Positions 1-8,610 of a stretch of DNA of 64,000 nucleotides are shown here, piece by piece. Position numbers and translations under genes: made by a program. How positions within the stretch are numbered: the stretch's first letter is position 1; each line of letters starts with the position of its first letter. The stretch is taken from positions 128,001-192,000 of the forward strand of contig OZ243974.1 in assembly GCA_965214775.1 (NCBI GenBank), given 5' to 3'. Below the pieces are notes generated by a model. That model was given only the letters and a program-made list of their open reading frames with translations. It was not told the DNA's origin and did not search any database. The stretch is from Nitrosopumilus sp. GTDB taxonomy: Archaea > Thermoproteota > Nitrososphaeria > Nitrososphaerales > Nitrosopumilaceae.

Positions 1-92
1 AAAGTCACTAAAACTTGAATTTTTTTAAAAAAATTACATGATAAATTGTAAAAATTTACAGGATTCAAAAGGCACCGGCATATCCCATTTTG

Positions 93-284
93 TCAATCAG
101 GTTCCCAGAATTGCATCACATACATGCAGTTATTGCATCTCCACAATCTAATGTGGATTCCATTGTCAGTGTCTGCAACATATCTTCCGTCATCCATCTG
201 CATGACTCTTGGCAGATAGTTTATCTCAGGACTCTCAAGCCATTCGTTTTGTTGGCAATTGGGGCACTTGATTCTCGGAGGCAC
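93..284 (-). CDS. small Zn-ribbon protein (CxxC...CxxC)
   Basis: C-terminal part of ORF 93..467; GTG start at 284 gives MPPRIKCPNC...WRCNNC. Confidence 0.65.
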   Translation of the reverse strand: MPPRIKCPNCQQNEWLESPEINYLPRVMQMDDGRYVADTDNGIHIRLWRCNNCMYVMQFWEPD

Positions 285-351
285 AAATAGGATACAACAG
301 CATGGCAAAAGAACATTACGACAAAAAGAGAAAATAAAAGATATTTCTGAA

Positions 352-1017
352 TCAGAATCCTTTTGGAAGGGTGCCACGTTTTGGTTTTGGCGGTTCTGGA
401 GGAGGTGCCTGTTGTTGTTGTTGCTGTGCTTGTGCTTGTGCTTGTGCTTGTGCACCAACACCCTCAACGCTCAAGTTAGCGCCGCTGAAACTGCCAAACG
501 TTTTGTCCGGTGAGTGGTATGCAAGTCTTGCCCTTGTTGCAAAGTACTGGTTTGATGGTTGCGTGTAACCAGTAACCTTTGCCTTTTGCTCATTCCAGTT
601 TGTTGTTGGAACTTTTCCGACTGGAGCGGTTCTTCTAACAAAGTATCTGTTGGGAGCCGGCGAATAACCTGTAACTTTAGCCCTGTACTCGTGAAAGCTT
701 GTTTCTGGAGCGTCATAGTACGCGTTCTCCAGGGCCTCCTGTACGGTTGCCGGAGGTTGTGAAACTGTCTCAGCCGGCTTTGGTGCTGCTTCCTGTGGCT
801 TGGGGGATTCTGCCGGCTTTTCCATTCCTTTAGGAAGGGTTCCTTTTGGTTTGGTTGCTGCAGCAGGCTTTTCGGCCGGCTTTGTCTCAGCGGGCTTTGG
901 TATTTTCTGTGGTTTAGCTGCTTCAGCTAGTTTTGAAAGTTTTGACAACTTTGCTTCCAATTCGGCAATCTTGGCTTCAAGATCCTTTTTCGTTTGCTTT
1001 TTAGCAGAGGCCATCAT
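352..1017 (-). CDS. low-complexity Pro/Ala/Lys/Gln-rich hypothetical protein
   Basis: 221-aa ORF with N-terminal coiled coil, internal repeat KVTGY(S/T), AQ/Q runs and repeated GTLPKG. Confidence 0.75.
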   Translation of the reverse strand: MMASAKKQTKKDLEAKIAELEAKLSKLSKLAEAAKPQKIPKPAETKPAEKPAAATKPKGTLPKGMEKPAESPKPQEAAPKPAETVSQPPATVQEALENAYYDAPETSFHEYRAKVTGYSPAPNRYFVRRTAPVGKVPTTNWNEQKAKVTGYTQPSNQYFATRARLAYHSPDKTFGSFSGANLSVEGVGAQAQAQAQAQQQQQQAPPPEPPKPKRGTLPKGF

Positions 1018-1104
1018 TCTGCTTGGACTGTGTGGGGTTTATGTACATTTGGGTCGATCACCGCTAATAAAACTTGATCAAGTTTTATATGCACAGATAA
1101 ATCA

Positions 1105-1488
1105 ATGAATGCGATGGACGACTTTGAGAAGGAATTCCCGGATTTTGATTGGAGAAATACTCCGGCATACAAGCATCCGGGAGGCAAGGATTGCCCATGT
1201 CCCAAGCATGAGTACATCAGAGAACAGATCAATTTTGCAAAGCAGGTAAGCGAAAAAGGAAAAGAGGCATCCAAAGTCACGCTCAAGTTTTGTCCCGATC
1301 ATTACAGGGTGTACATGGAAGAAGTGATTCCTGCAATGCCACTAAAGTACAAACTGCTGACAAAGATTGCGCTAAAACTTGGAGCGATTCAGGTGGAGCA
1401 GCTAAAATACATGGAATCAGAATTGTGCTTTTACTGCAAGTTCGGCTCTGGCGGTTATGACAAAAAAACAGAATTGCCTCCAATGTGA
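1105..1488 (+). CDS. hypothetical protein, Cys/His-containing
   Basis: 127-aa ORF with CPCPKH, CPDH and CFYC motifs. Confidence 0.75.
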   Translation: MNAMDDFEKEFPDFDWRNTPAYKHPGGKDCPCPKHEYIREQINFAKQVSEKGKEASKVTLKFCPDHYRVYMEEVIPAMPLKYKLLTKIALKLGAIQVEQLKYMESELCFYCKFGSGGYDKKTELPPM

Positions 1489-1535
1489 GAAGGCAGTCAG
1501 TAACATTTTAACTTGAACCAACTTTCAGATCTGTA

Positions 1536-2978
1536 TTGCCAATTGAGGACATTCAGGAGTTTATCACAGAGTTAGAAAAGCAGGGAGAGCTAAAACGGGT
1601 AAAAACCGAGGTTGACACCAATCTAGAGATTGCAGAAATCATGAGAAGAGGGATGTATTCAGATGGCCCTGCAATTCTCTTTGAGAACGTCAAGGGATAT
1701 GACATGCCAGTTTTAGGAAATGCGTTTGGTTCTATGAGAAGGCTGGAGATTGGTTTGGAGATGACAGATTTTACGGAAATCGGCCAGAGAATTGTCGACA
1801 TGACAAAGATGGATATGCCATCAGGGTTACTAGGAAAAATAAAAAAACTTCCAGAATTATCAAAGATGACTGCATCATTTCCCAAAGCAGAAACATCAGG
1901 ACCTGTAACAGAAATTACATCAACTGATGCGTCATTTCACGAGTTGCCAGTTCTAAAATCATGGCCCAATGATGCAGGACGGTTTATCACACTAGGGCTA
2001 GTTGCTACAAAACATCCCGAGACGGGGGTTAGAAACTTGGGGGTTTACAGGATGCAAATTGTAGACAAGACTCATGCCATTATGCACTGGCAAAAACACA
2101 AGCGGGGCGCACAACACGGGGACATTTCAAAGGACATGGGGGAAAAGATCCCGACTGCAATAGTTGTTGGTTCAGAACCGTCAACAGTATTCTCATCAAT
2201 TGCCCCGGTTCCCGAGGGATTGGACAAGTATTTGTTTTCAGGAATTGCAAGGAAAGAAGGAATCAAGACTGTAAAATGCAAAACAATTGATTTGGATGTC
2301 CCGGCAAACGCAGAGATTGTTTTGGAGGGATACGTGGATCCTGCCGACATTAGAGACGAAGGGCCATTTGGAGATCATACAGGATACTATACTCCTGTTG
2401 AGCCATATCCGACTTTTACACTAACAGGAATTATGAGAAGAAGGAATCCAGTTTACGTTACAACAGTTGTTGGCAAGCCAGTTCTCGAGGATGCGTACAT
2501 TGGCAAAGTAATCGAGCGCTCATTTTTGCCATTGATCAGAATGTTCCATCCAGAGGTAGTTGACTTTGGTATGCCGGCCGCCGGTTGGTTCCAAGGTTTT
2601 GCAATTATTTCAATCAAGAAAAGGTATCCGGGACAGGCAAAGAAAGTCATGATGGGGCTTTGGGGAATGGGACAGCTGTCCCTAACCAAGATGTTTGTCG
2701 TAGTAGATCAAGACATTAATGTTCATGACATAAATGACGTCTTGTGGGCAATTACAACCCGAGCTGATGCTGCAAGGGACACCATAATCATCAACAATGC
2801 CCCAACTGATACGCTAGACCCGGCATCACCACTTGTCAACATGGGATCCAAAATGGGAATTGACGCAACACAGAAAACAAAAGAGGAAGGATATGAGCGT
2901 GAGATTCAACAGCAAGTCAGAGTGGATGATGAGACTAAAAGTACAGTGGATTCCAAATGGTCCGAATACGGATTATGA
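1536..2978 (+). CDS. ubiD: UbiD-family (menaquinone biosynthesis) decarboxylase
   Basis: EGPFGDHTGYY motif, RNLGVYRMQ; adjacent to mqnC. Confidence 0.92.
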   Translation: MPIEDIQEFITELEKQGELKRVKTEVDTNLEIAEIMRRGMYSDGPAILFENVKGYDMPVLGNAFGSMRRLEIGLEMTDFTEIGQRIVDMTKMDMPSGLLGKIKKLPELSKMTASFPKAETSGPVTEITSTDASFHELPVLKSWPNDAGRFITLGLVATKHPETGVRNLGVYRMQIVDKTHAIMHWQKHKRGAQHGDISKDMGEKIPTAIVVGSEPSTVFSSIAPVPEGLDKYLFSGIARKEGIKTVKCKTIDLDVPANAEIVLEGYVDPADIRDEGPFGDHTGYYTPVEPYPTFTLTGIMRRRNPVYVTTVVGKPVLEDAYIGKVIERSFLPLIRMFHPEVVDFGMPAAGWFQGFAIISIKKRYPGQAKKVMMGLWGMGQLSLTKMFVVVDQDINVHDINDVLWAITTRADAARDTIIINNAPTDTLDPASPLVNMGSKMGIDATQKTKEEGYEREIQQQVRVDDETKSTVDSKWSEYGL

Positions 2979-4091
2979 TGCCGAAACAGGATTATAGAAA
3001 TTGTCCCTCTCTTCTGCCTGATAGCCAATCTGATGAATTGCATCCATGATTATTTTGCCAGTCAGCTCAGTTGAGCGGGCGCCAGTACAAGAAACCACTT
3101 CTTCCCCAATCAGTGTGCCGCCAAAGTCATCGGCGCCATATTGCAAGGCCAGCTGTGCCATCCCAATGCCGTTTGTAAGCCATGAAGATTGAATGTGGGC
3201 AATTAATCCGTCAAACACCAGTCTGGAAATCGCAATCATCTTCAAGAGCTGTGTTCCACCTGTGCCATATTCCACAATGCCTTCCTCATTCAACAGGGTG
3301 TTGTTTGGCTCAAAGTTCCACGGAATAAAGGCCATGAACCCCTCTGTCTTTTCCTGCAGTCTTGCAATTTTGTAAAAGTGATCAACAATGTCTTGTCTGT
3401 TTTCAACGTGCCCGTACATCATTGTTGCAGATGCTGGAAGGCCAAGTGAATGCGCCTCGTCCATGATTCGTATCCAGTCATCGCTAGAAATTTTTTTCGG
3501 ACTGATTACATCCTTGACAGAATCAACCAAGATTTCGGCTCCTGCCCCCGGAATTGATTGCAGGCCAGATTCTTTTAATCTGGAAAGAACTTCCCTTGTG
3601 GATGATTTTTCAACTTTTGCAATCATGTCGATTTCAGAGGCGGACAGTCCATGAACTCCAACATTTGGGAATTTCTTGCGAATCATTCCAAAGACATTCT
3701 CGTAATATTCAATATTCAAATTTGGGTTATGTCCGCCTTGGATCAAGACTTGACGAATCCTGAACATGTCCCACGAGGTCTTTATTCTGGATTCGATTTG
3801 ATCAAGTGTCAAGGTGTAAGAGTCATCAGCACCAGGCGATCTGTAAAATGCGCAAAACTTGCAATCAGTAATGCAGACATTAGTATAGTTCAAAATTATG
3901 TTGTTTACAAAGGAGGCCTTTTTACCAAATTGATTTCGAGTCAGATGTCCGGAGACCAGCCCCATCAGATGTACGTCGTCAGATTCCAACAGTCTCATGC
4001 AGTCTTCAGGATCCGGTCTTTGTCCATTCAGGGAGTTTTCCAAAATATCTTTGATGTCGCTTTTTTGAATTTGTTCAGTTGTCTGACTCAA
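2973..4091 (-). CDS. mqnC: cyclic dehypoxanthinyl futalosine synthase (radical SAM, CofH/MqnC family)
   Basis: NYTNVCITDCKFCAF CxxxCxxC, PGAGAEIL, ATMMYGHVE, FIPWNF. Confidence 0.85.
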   Translation of the reverse strand: MSQTTEQIQKSDIKDILENSLNGQRPDPEDCMRLLESDDVHLMGLVSGHLTRNQFGKKASFVNNIILNYTNVCITDCKFCAFYRSPGADDSYTLTLDQIESRIKTSWDMFRIRQVLIQGGHNPNLNIEYYENVFGMIRKKFPNVGVHGLSASEIDMIAKVEKSSTREVLSRLKESGLQSIPGAGAEILVDSVKDVISPKKISSDDWIRIMDEAHSLGLPASATMMYGHVENRQDIVDHFYKIARLQEKTEGFMAFIPWNFEPNNTLLNEEGIVEYGTGGTQLLKMIAISRLVFDGLIAHIQSSWLTNGIGMAQLALQYGADDFGGTLIGEEVVSCTGARSTELTGKIIMDAIHQIGYQAEERDNFYNPVSAS

Positions 4092-4202
4092 TTGATTTTC
4101 ATCCTTTGGAATTTCTATTTAATCCTTGATAGAAATGACGAACGTTGTATTATATGGAAAAGTGTCTTCACTGTTAATTGATCTCCATCCTACAGTATTC
4201 CC

Positions 4203-4293
4203 GTAAGAGTTTACCCCTCAGGCGACATTGCTGGCCGGAGCCTTCATGATCACACCTGCTGTGCCGTATCTCGGGGGAGGGGTAAACTCTTAC
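4203..4293. mobile_element. MITE family A copy 1 (91 bp)
   Basis: TIR GTAAGAGTTTACCCCT/AGGGGTAAACTCTTAC; 9-bp TSD AGTATTCCC at 4194-4202 and 4294-4302. Confidence 0.9.
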
Positions 4294-4561
4294 AGTATTC
4301 CCAAAAGTAACCTAAAAATGGCTCCAAATTCAAAACAGAACAAATCCGGTCATCAGCAGATTGACACGCCATCGCCTGTACCGTCACGAGTCTGGTTACA
4401 TCGGGGGAGGCTGATCCCAAGTAGCAGCTAAAGCTCTGGAATCCATTCCTGATTTTAGACAGGAATTCTGTGTGAACTGTCATTTTTGGTGGCAAAATCC
4501 GTGTGCAAGCTTTCAGAGATGTTGTCAAAAATTCCCTGATGGGCAGTCTATTGATGGTCGT

Positions 4562-4743
4562 GTTCAGCACAAAGGGTAGCCTGCGGCAGACTCCTTTGAC
4601 AATATGGGATACCGCATACCGCAGCTGTCAATAGACTTTATGCGTAATTGGTTCAGATCTAGGATTATTACGAACAAATTCGTCTCATTCAGATCGATTA
4701 CGCATAAAGTCTAATGAGTGCGTTCAGCACAAAGGGTAGCCTG
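4562..4743. repeat. 22-bp direct repeat pair
   Basis: GTTCAGCACAAAGGGTAGCCTG at 4562-4583 and 4722-4743, bracketing a MITE B copy. Confidence 0.85.
4632..4713. mobile_element. MITE family B copy 1 (82 bp)
   Basis: 17-bp TIR TAGACTTTATGCGTAAT; near-identical inverted copy at 19537-19618. Confidence 0.85.
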
Positions 4744-4808
4744 AGAGATGATCCGAGATCAGAAACTGCAAATGCCGTGATTTTTCAGCACATCTTTCAA
4801 GTAATTTC
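4740..4808 (-). repeat. dispersed repeat family D, partial copy
   Basis: reverse complement matches the 3' part of the repeats ending at 11085 and 17110 (GCAGTTTCTGATCTCGGATCATCTCTCAGG). Confidence 0.75.
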
Positions 4809-4864
4809 ATGAATCATGTACATTTTGCCGGCACTTGGATCGGTTTGGCATACATTGTGCCCAT

Positions 4865-4942
4865 CAGACTTTGTGCGTAATCGGCACAAATCAGAAAAAT
4901 CAGGCAGTTTTTACGCCATTTTTGGCAAATACACATATGATC
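4865..4942 (+). repeat. dispersed repeat family C
   Basis: AAAAATCAGGCAGTTTTTACGCCATTTTTGGCAAAT; related copies near 30677-30737 and 47021-47078. Confidence 0.6.
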
Positions 4943-5271
4943 TATTTGATCATAGTTTGCTAATTTCGAATCAACTCTCAGTAAAACTAGTAGAAAAGAG
5001 TGAAGCTTAATCCATGAACAACAATGTGTCTCAATGTAATTGACAGGCAAATCTTGGAAAAAATGTCCAACAGGTTAGGTTTGCCAACAAGATTGGAATC
5101 ATACCAGCTCCAAAGAAAGCTCAGGATACTGGGAATTGACATGTCTGCTTAAGATATTAGCGAAATTATCAACACCATAAAACCTGTAATTAAAGATACA
5201 GTTCTGTGGTTCTGTGTAAGATTGGTGACCTAGAATGCGGATATTCTCTGAATTGAGATTTTATTTTATGC

Positions 5272-6393
5272 CTAGACAGAATACTTGCTTAGCGAGGCAT
5301 TCTGGATGATGGTCTTCCACTTGTTGATGCCGTCCACGACAATCAAGGATGCCTCCGCAGGCGTCTTTCCCTCCAGGCTTCCGTGCTTTTTGGTGTAATT
5401 GTAGTAGACCCTCATTCCGTCAAGTATGGCCGTATCCATCTTCTTGAGGCCCCTGAACACCTTCTCGCGGTCTCTGATCTCGCCGTTGAGCCTCTCCATC
5501 CTGTTGTTGTTGTCCCGGTCTCTTTTTCCTGCCAGGTGGATATGTCTTACGTGATTCGTACCCTTTCCGAATACCCTCCTTGAGGACTTGGCATATGCCG
5601 GCAGGCCGTCCGTGATGAAGTTTCTGGGGCTTTTTCCGGTATGTGATTTTGTCAGTTGTAATAGACTGTCCGCATTGTGCTGGAACTTGTTGTCTGCCAG
5701 GTCGGAGGCCAGCCAGTAGCGCGTATCGTCATCCATCGAGGCGAATAGATAGCACTGCCTGCCGCTGATTTTCACCCATACCTCGTCGGCCCGGAACCAG
5801 CTGCCGACCCGTGGAACGATTCCGTTGAGGTATGTCGATGTCATCCTGGAATAGTCTCTAACCCAGTTGTATACCGTCTTGTGGCTTACACTGATTCCAA
5901 GCATCTCGTAATGGTTGGAGATGTCACGGACGCTCATCCCCGTATAATACATCTGCAACGCGCCCGTTATGATGGATTCGTCAAACCTCCTGTTTTCGAA
6001 TCCAAAGTTTGCAGTAAACCTTCTCTTACAGTCTTTACACTTGAACATCTGCATTGTAGAGCTTTTGTTCTTCTTTAATCCCTTCCTGACGATGTTGCCA
6101 GAATCGCAGAACTTGCACAGGTTAAGCCTTGACCTTTCAATGATTCTAAACCCGTCGTGTCCGAACACGTTTCTTCTGACATACTCCAGTATTACCTTGA
6201 TGTGCTTGCAGTCCGATTTTCTGCTCCGGTGGTCCGGACACTCACAGACAAGCCCGCTGCCCGTCCTAGATACGGTATAGAACTTGGATGGATCTGACTG
6301 GGATCTGACCCTGAAATCATTCGTACCAATGATCTGGGTGGCGTGACCCGGAGTCTCCATGATCTGTTTTGCACGTCGGTCTCTTGCGTTCAT
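5272..6393 (-). CDS. IS6-family DDE transposase with N-terminal SWIM finger and Zn ribbon
   Basis: CECPDH..CKH (SWIM), CKFC..CKDC, HTH (SHKTVYNWV), RADEVWV / FITDGL / NNRMERLNG; GAGGAGG RBS upstream. Confidence 0.9.
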   Translation of the reverse strand: MNARDRRAKQIMETPGHATQIIGTNDFRVRSQSDPSKFYTVSRTGSGLVCECPDHRSRKSDCKHIKVILEYVRRNVFGHDGFRIIERSRLNLCKFCDSGNIVRKGLKKNKSSTMQMFKCKDCKRRFTANFGFENRRFDESIITGALQMYYTGMSVRDISNHYEMLGISVSHKTVYNWVRDYSRMTSTYLNGIVPRVGSWFRADEVWVKISGRQCYLFASMDDDTRYWLASDLADNKFQHNADSLLQLTKSHTGKSPRNFITDGLPAYAKSSRRVFGKGTNHVRHIHLAGKRDRDNNNRMERLNGEIRDREKVFRGLKKMDTAILDGMRVYYNYTKKHGSLEGKTPAEASLIVVDGINKWKTIIQNASLSKYSV

Positions 6394-6434
6394 TCACATC
6401 CCTCCTCGAAAACTAATATAGAACAAAAAAGATG

Positions 6435-6519
6435 CGGTGGGTGTGGGATTCGAACCCACGAAGGCTTTCCACCTTGCAGGTCATAAGCCTGCCACTCTAA
6501 CCGACTAAGTGAACCCACC
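6435..6519 (-). tRNA. tRNA, anticodon UAU (Ile by anticodon), class II long variable arm, G73 discriminator
   Basis: GGTGGGT/ACCCACC acceptor; ACTT/GAGT D-stem with A14 G15 G18 G19 A21; GCAGG-CTTATGA-CCTGC anticodon arm; AAGGTGGAAAGCCTTC variable arm; GTGGG-TTCGAAT-CCCAC T-arm. Confidence 0.9.
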
Positions 6520-6529
6520 ATGCATTATA

Positions 6530-6572
6530 TTATACGTACGTTTATTTATACCTAGCTCTTATACGTACGTAT
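6530..6572. promoter_or_regulatory. TATA box for the tRNA flanked by two operator-like repeats
   Basis: minus-strand TATAAATA at 6543-6550, about 25-30 bp before the tRNA; TTATACGTACGT at 6530-6541 and 6559-6570; ATACGTACGTAT palindrome at 6561-6572. Confidence 0.6.
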
Positions 6573-6589
6573 GGTTTTTATACATCTTC

Positions 6590-6766
6590 ATGGTATACGA
6601 CATATTGACGCGATGGAAAAAGAACGAAACCGAGTTTTCCGTAAAACTCTCGTTTGATGGAAGAAACAGCATGTCATGCAGGATACCGAAACCCATTCTG
6701 GAAATGCTCGGTGAACCAGAGTCCATCACGTTCCGAATCAAAAACAACAGGATTGTGGTGGATTGA
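6590..6766 (+). CDS. AbrB/MazE/SpoVT-like small DNA-binding protein
   Basis: 58 aa from ATG 6590; SMSCRIPKPILEMLGEPESITFRIKNNRIVV fits the swapped-hairpin pattern. Confidence 0.7.
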   Translation: MVYDILTRWKKNETEFSVKLSFDGRNSMSCRIPKPILEMLGEPESITFRIKNNRIVVD

Positions 6767-6816
6767 TATGAGCGCCGAAACCACTAACCCACCCCCCGGA
6801 TGGAAAAACCGAATCA

Positions 6817-7398
6817 TCATGCCCTGGTCCATTCTATATGTCCGTTTACACCATGTTTGTCATAGGTTTTCAAAATATCGTCACAGAACTTGGCCAATGC
6901 GTAATCGTTGACCTTTTTTGATCTGGCCAGTAGGTTAACAAACAATTTTTTTGCGGTTTCCGTCTGGTTGTAGTTTTTCTTTTTGAAGTTGTGTGCCGCG
7001 CACAATACCTGCCCGTTTTCCACCGTTGACTCCCCACCCTTGTCTCTGGGTTTTATGTGATCGATATGCAGCTTTACACCGTCTCTTTCGCCCTTGCCAC
7101 AAACAACGCATTTGTGTTGGTCTCGTTCCAAGATTTCTGCCTTCTGTTTTGACGTGAAATTTTGCAATTTTATTGCGTCCTGTGGGTTGTAGCGGTAAAC
7201 TCCGGTGTTTACCTTGGTCAGAACACCTTCCTGGTGCAGGCTTCTTATCTGTCTATCCGGATCACGGAATACCCTGCCTGTACGCTCGTTATATTCTGAG
7301 ACTGCCCAGTCCACAATCTCCGGATGTTTTATGCTGCGATTCGGGTTGTTCCTGTAATACTCCAGGATTACGTCACGCTGGGTAACCGTGTCTGACAC
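6817..7398 (-). CDS. HNH endonuclease, putative restriction endonuclease
   Basis: CVVC...LHIDHIKPRDKGG...NGQVLCAAHNFKK; overlaps the methyltransferase stop. Confidence 0.85.
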   Translation of the reverse strand: MSDTVTQRDVILEYYRNNPNRSIKHPEIVDWAVSEYNERTGRVFRDPDRQIRSLHQEGVLTKVNTGVYRYNPQDAIKLQNFTSKQKAEILERDQHKCVVCGKGERDGVKLHIDHIKPRDKGGESTVENGQVLCAAHNFKKKNYNQTETAKKLFVNLLARSKKVNDYALAKFCDDILKTYDKHGVNGHIEWTRA

Positions 7399-8184
7399 AC
7401 CTCCTTTTCTATTCGCTTTTCTGCAAGGCTGTAATACTCGTCAACTAGTTCTATCCCCACCGACCTGCGGCCGTTTTTCATGGAGGCAACTATTGTCGTG
7501 CCGGAACCGGCAAACGGGTCAAGTATGACGTCATCAACATATGAAAACAGCTTGATGCATCTTTCTGGCAGTTCCTCCGGAAACGGCGCCGGATGCCCGT
7601 TCTTTTTTGCACCTGGAAACGTCCACATGCCGTTTGTCCATTCGATGAACTCGTTCCTTTCGATTGTACTTATTCCTCTGCGGTCACGTTTCCACTCGTC
7701 CTTGTAAAGTACGATTATGGCCTCAACAGGTGCTATCACATGCGGTGCAGAAGCCGACAGCCACGATCCCCATGCCGTCCTCCTTGATATGTTGCCCTCG
7801 TTCCAGACTATTGTTGCATGGTATTTCCATCCTGCATCAAGAGCTATCTTTGTCAGGTCGGCACATGTGGGCCTCTTTCCCTGCTTGTTCTTGTCCAGAC
7901 CAATGTTAAGACAGAATCTGCCCGTTGAACGTGTCCAATGAAGTACATTACTAATCCATTTTTCTGAGAATTTCAGGTATCTCTCATAGGATATGCTGTC
8001 ATTGCACCCCCCCCCCACCTTCATAATCAAGGCCTACGTTGTAGGGAGGTGATGTCACGGTAAGATCTACTGAATTGTTTCGAATTGTCGATTTTTTGGT
8101 CGTATCCCCTCTGACTAGCCTGTATTCAGGTTTCTCCACAAAACCCTTTTTGGTTTGTGTTTTTTTAATCCTTGGCTTTGTCAA
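7368..8184 (-). pseudogene. beta-class N4C/N6A DNA methyltransferase, frameshifted at a G10 tract
   Basis: TSPPYN in ORF 7999..8184; HPAPFP and ILDPFAGSGTT in ORF 7368..8030; removing one G at 8007-8016 joins the two frames. Confidence 0.88.
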
Positions 8185-8237
8185 TTTGATCTCACCCTTT
8201 CCTTCTGACTGTAGTTATCCAATCACTGCCTACCTTA

Positions 8238-8320
8238 TATAGCAACGGGCATAAGTCTTTGAGTCAAAGTAGGTCATAACTACGCGTAAAAAACCTCAAT
8301 TATTTCTGCTCGTTGCTATA
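8238..8320 (+). mobile_element. MITE family E (about 83 bp including TA flanks), inside the IS6 element
   Basis: TATAGCAACG..CGTTGCTATA ends; 7 copies in window. Confidence 0.9.
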
Positions 8321-8610
8321 CAACTCCCATTCCACATAGTTGCTTTTCCTGATCGCATCCGTGACCCTCCTTGCAGAGAACGCCTCACTAAGTAAAAATT
8401 TCGTCTAGTCGTAAAAATCGAATCTGAAGAAGATCCACATTTCAGGTCTCGAAGATTACATAGAATCTAGAATACTCCTGCCTTATCAAGCCGATCTCGG
8501 AAGCGTTCACATTCTAGGTCACCAATCTTACACAGAACCAGTTCTGTTTATCAGAGGGAGATACAATTTGAGAAGACATATCAAAACATTAAGAGTACAT
8601 GAGTGTCATG

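Larger units (their letters stand above)
5208..8539 (-). mobile_element. IS6-family transposon with passenger genes (3332 bp)
   Basis: 30-bp perfect TIRs GGTTCTGTGTAAGATTGGTGACCTAGAATG (5208-5237, 8510-8539); 8-bp TSD AGTTCTGT (5200-5207, 8540-8547); encodes a DDE transposase. Confidence 0.92.

Noticed and set aside
259-568. Cys-rich, Leu/Cys-rich and His/Lys-repeat ORFs (259..513, 371..568, N-terminus of 93..467)
   Set aside because: Alternative-frame readings of the AQ/Q-coding repeat inside gene 352..1017.
6435-6519. tRNA as the attachment site of an integrated element
   Set aside because: No duplicated tRNA 3' end and no integrase seen; the tRNA lies inside the TIRs as cargo.
5208-8539. 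Casposon or provirus
   Set aside because: No Cas1, PolB or structural genes; ends and enzyme are IS6-type.
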